Origin: Sphaerodactylus townsendi | Lineage: Eukaryota | Reading direction: 5' to 3' | NCBI RefSeq assembly: GCF_021028975.2 | Contig: NC_059436.1 | Coordinates: forward strand, 6,696,001-6,760,000 | Length of the DNA: 64,000 bases | Shown here: positions 60,313 to 64,000 of the stretch, in pieces | Position numbering within the stretch: position 1 is the first letter of the stretch | Layout: the number at the start of each line of letters is the position of its first letter | The notes under the pieces: generated by a model | Databases searched by the model: none | Told to the model about the DNA's origin: nothing | Seen by the model: the letters and a program-made list of their open reading frames with translations, nothing else | Position numbers and translations under genes: made by a program

Positions 60313-62199
60313 GTCTAGAAGATTCAGGTTAAAATTCCCACTGGGGTAGGCTGGCCATATAACTTATGAGATATTCAGGTGGGCCATTGCTCTGTAGGGC
60401 TTATGGTAGCCAGGAACAAACAGAGCCAAACCTGAGTAGCACTGCTATGGGATCTCCTCAGCCAGGCCTCTTCCAGGTCTGTTTTGATTTCCTAGGCCAT
60501 GCCTGATTTCTACTTTGTTATGAAGCTCTTTGGGTAACCTTGAACCAGCTACACTCTCACAGGGTTGATGTGAGGATAAAACAGGGAAGAGTTCTGTGTA
60601 GAAAGGTTGAGATAAAAAATGCAGCAACAAGACAGAAACCAAAATGTCCCAATTCATAAATGTCAAAGCTTCTAAAAAAGTCTGTGGAAGTTTCCCCCCG
60701 ATACTGAAAAACATAATTAGAGTACATTTATGCCAATCAGCTTTTTGTTTCCTTTTAAAAGAGTGAAGCTATGTTATCTTTCTAGTTTTAATTCTTTAAG
60801 TTGTTAAAGAGTTAACACATGCACCCCCCCCTCCAGATAAACCCCAAATTACAAAGCAAAAGATGTCTCCACAGCTTTCTATTCCTGTCTTACGAAGACA
60901 GTTGCTTGCCAGCAATTCTAAAGAACATGCAGAGAAGATATGACAGAACCAGGCTGACATTTTAAGAATAATGATAATACATCTGCAAATATGCTGCAGA
61001 AAAAGAAGCATTCGGTAGATGGTTGTAATTGGCATAAAACAGCCAAGACTTTTACACTGTTCAATCTCTCCCTCCCTTCCCCCATCATGCATACTCAACT
61101 CTGAATTCTTTAATGAAGCAAAACATGAAGTTAAGTCATGTAAAAGCGGCAAAGATTCTGTTTTCAGATGAGGCGTTTGAAGACTTTGGCTTATAGATTA
61201 ATGCATATGGACATTCTGCATTAAGAATTACATTTGCTTCTCTTTAGATCTTAGCATAAGCAGAATTCTTATGAGTAAAGAGTTCACAGAAGATGACTAT
61301 TCTTTGCAATGGATGAACTTTCAGATTTTCAGCTCTTCCAGGATCTTGCATAAATACTTTACAAATAAGCCCTAGCCGTGGAGAACAATGAGAACCACAA
61401 CAATTGGTAAGGCTGGCCATATAACATTTAACAAGTGAGTACTTTCAGAAGGAGGCAGTCTCTTTAACTGTTTAAAAAATCTACACTGAGAATGATGGGA
61501 TTTGCATGCACAAAGGCCATGTGATATGAGAACTCCAGTGTGGAGGGGAACTGGGTGAGACTGAGGCCATTTCTCCATGCCCTACTTACCCTACAGCCAT
61601 TTGCTTCACAGTGGGTTTTTTCACTTTTTTTGTTTGCACAGGAATTCTTCTCCAAGAAGTGTCCCTAGCTGAGTCAACCCACCATTTTGCCCATCAGTTG
61701 CTTCCTTGTTCATTTTTTGCAACCTTCATTTGGGGAGGATGCCTCCTGCTCCTTTTGGGAGGAGGGAAATGTATGTGTATGTGTGCATTATCTTTGGTCT
61801 AGCATTACTTTGCTAGACCATGTCAATTTCAGGCCAACTGCACAAACTCATATTTGAACAGTCATCTGAATATGTTTGGAAATCTCATAACAGCATTAAA
61901 ATTTTAAAAATAAGCCTTTCTGATCATTTTGAAATGGTAGCCTGAACTGCTGTGGTGTGGATGACAGAAGGTGGGGAGGAGTGAAAAAACCTAAAGAAAG
62001 TCTGATGTGTATGGATTTCCTTTGTTTTCCATGAGGATTCTCTGATCTGAGGGCAGTGTGATTGCTGAAGGGGTGAAACATGAGTGTAATTGAAAATCAA
62101 ACCTGAGGGGAATGTACACTCATTATGAAGGAGACCACATGTGTGTAAAAGCCCTGAATAAAAAAAAATCTGGCTGGATCCAGCCCATTATCATGTGAT

Positions 62200-62372
62200 G
62201 ATTCTTACAATAGCAAAGTTAGATAAGTGACTATAGTATTATCCCCATTTTGCAGATAGAAGGCTGATGGAGTGGTTTGTCCAAAGCCACGTATTGAGTT
62301 CATGGCTGAGGTGAGATTTTGATCAAGGGCCTTCTGAAGCATAGTTTATTACCTTAGCCATTTTGGTACACC
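62200..62372 (-). mobile_element. Ancient MIR/Ther1-like SINE
   Basis: tattatccccattttgcagatagaaggctga...tttgtccaaagccac is the reverse of the MIR CORE. Confidence 0.65.
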
Positions 62373-63886
62373 CAGTCTCAAAGATAAGAAACAGCTTATT
62401 CTTTTCCTTGATACCAGTTCAGTGAGGTACCAGCAGGATTAGTAGGAGCATGTCTCAGTTAGAGCTGTTTTAGTTGCTATTCAGTGCTTTCACATTAAAC
62501 CAAATGTGGGAAGAGGTCACTGAAGAATAAGGAATTCAGCTGTTGTTTTGTTCCATTGCATTATTCTCAGCCAGGACTATTCCATCCAATTTATTGCTCC
62601 AGTGAAAAACAATTGAAGTCCACTTTCCCACATCATGGTTCAGTGGGAGGTAACCTTGCACATGACCATTGGGGATATCTAAGCCAGAGAGGCAAATGAC
62701 AGCTTGGCCATATTGTTCCCTTATATGGATCAACAAATGGAAGAAGTGTACTCTATGGGTACATAACATATAAGGTCTTCATACAGCTGGAAAGCCCTGT
62801 CCCGAATAGCCCAGCTGCAGATTTGTTGTCCCCCCTTTGGATGGGATTGAAAATCTCCTTAGACTAACAAAGCAGCAACATTAAAAAGGCACAAAAACAG
62901 ACCATCAAGAAGATGAAAACAAAAGACATGATAGAAGCAGAATCAGTTCTGCCATAACAGCTTACCCTCCATCTAGTCTCTGAAATAAAAGCTGTGTATA
63001 CCCTTACGATAAACAAAATAGCAACCAGAAATCATTGCTTGGTTGGATTATAGACAATTACTTTTCATGGGTGGGAAGGTGCTTGTCCAAAGAAGGTCAA
63101 TCAAGGGCTCCTCGGCTATCTTCCTGAATGTAGAATGAGAAAGCACTATTCATGCTCACTTTGGTAATCCATCCTACCACAGAAAACCCCTGTGAACTAC
63201 ATGTTGTGATATGAGCCATGTGTTCCTTTTAACTGGAAAATCCAGTATGAACAAAGCAACTGGTGTAATTGTAAATATTTGTGAAAAAATGGAAATATTC
63301 GAACTGAGTGATAATGCTTTCGAAATTTAATCTCCTCTCTAGTTTTTATGTGTGCCATCTTATCCCCCCCCCCCTCTCCCATATACATTCTCCAATTTCA
63401 AGGATAATTTAGCAAGGTACAACTTCTTGCTAATTTGAACATGAAGCTGAATCTCTGATGAGAGGTGATGGCAGGCAGCAGATGGTTCTGTAAGCTTCCC
63501 AATTTAGAGACTGGAGGGGACCCAGCTAGCATCCCATCACCTTGTCATTTATCAAGACATTCTGGGTGGAGATCACAGAAGCCTCTCATGCAATTTCCAT
63601 CTTGTGTTCTCAGGAGACAAGGAGCTGAACATGTCATTATAACTTGTGGAAGGGCAAAGGAAGGACCTTCTGAGCAAGAGACAATTCTTTATGGCAGAAT
63701 CCTAAGCCGGAACAAAATGACACTAGTAGCTATCACTAAATGCAAAAGGAGTGCATTCCAACAACACAGAAGGAACAACTCTTGTTTGCATTGTGTCATT
63801 GTTGACCAGTGTCTGTAAAAGCAAATGTAATGTATCCGTGCATTGTTAATTTTTCATGGGAGAGGACAACAAATAGAACAACCTTG

Positions 63887-64000
63887 ACATAAGAACAACC
63901 CTACTGGATCAGAACAATGGTCCATCTAGTCCAGTATTCTATTTCATGCAGTGGCCAATCAACAAATGAAAAGTCAACAAATGACTTAGAGGCCTAGGCC
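63887..64000 (-). mobile_element. CR1 3' end
   Basis: acataagaacaaccctactggatcagaacaatggtccatctagtccag. Confidence 0.75.

Noticed and set aside
1-64000. ORF-track peptides as host or viral genes
   Set aside because: All are 168 aa or shorter, many start at non-ATG codons, and most overlap repeats. The only recognisable ones are LINE relics. I saw no viral, transposase or host-domain motifs.

Overview
Repeat-rich, non-coding vertebrate DNA, almost certainly squamate and probably a gecko (inferred from the SINE families present). It looks like a long intron or gene desert and has two N gaps. I found no intact protein-coding gene. The only ORF-track peptides I recognise are LINE relics: CR1 at 45.6 kb, L1 at 35.5-36.9 kb and RTE-X at 11 kb. 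The window holds many tRNA/CORE-type SINEs (Squam3-like), Squam2-like and 5S-derived SINEs, two solo LTRs of one family, hAT MITEs with clean 8-bp TSDs, and PIF/Harbinger-type palindromic elements, often nested in each other. Between the repeats lie unique AT-rich, homeodomain-motif-rich blocks that look like conserved non-coding enhancers. The best leads are a textbook recursive-splice-site motif (50453|50454), a three-layer nested Harbinger-type element with apparently captured cargo (39296-40602), a ~570-bp foldback (21.4-22.0 kb), a chimeric hAT MITE (56203-56775) and a dense TF-motif cluster (54.9-55.0 kb). I cannot support a novel protein-encoding system from this sequence. Family names come from my recall of consensus sequences, not from a database search, and many boundaries are approximate.
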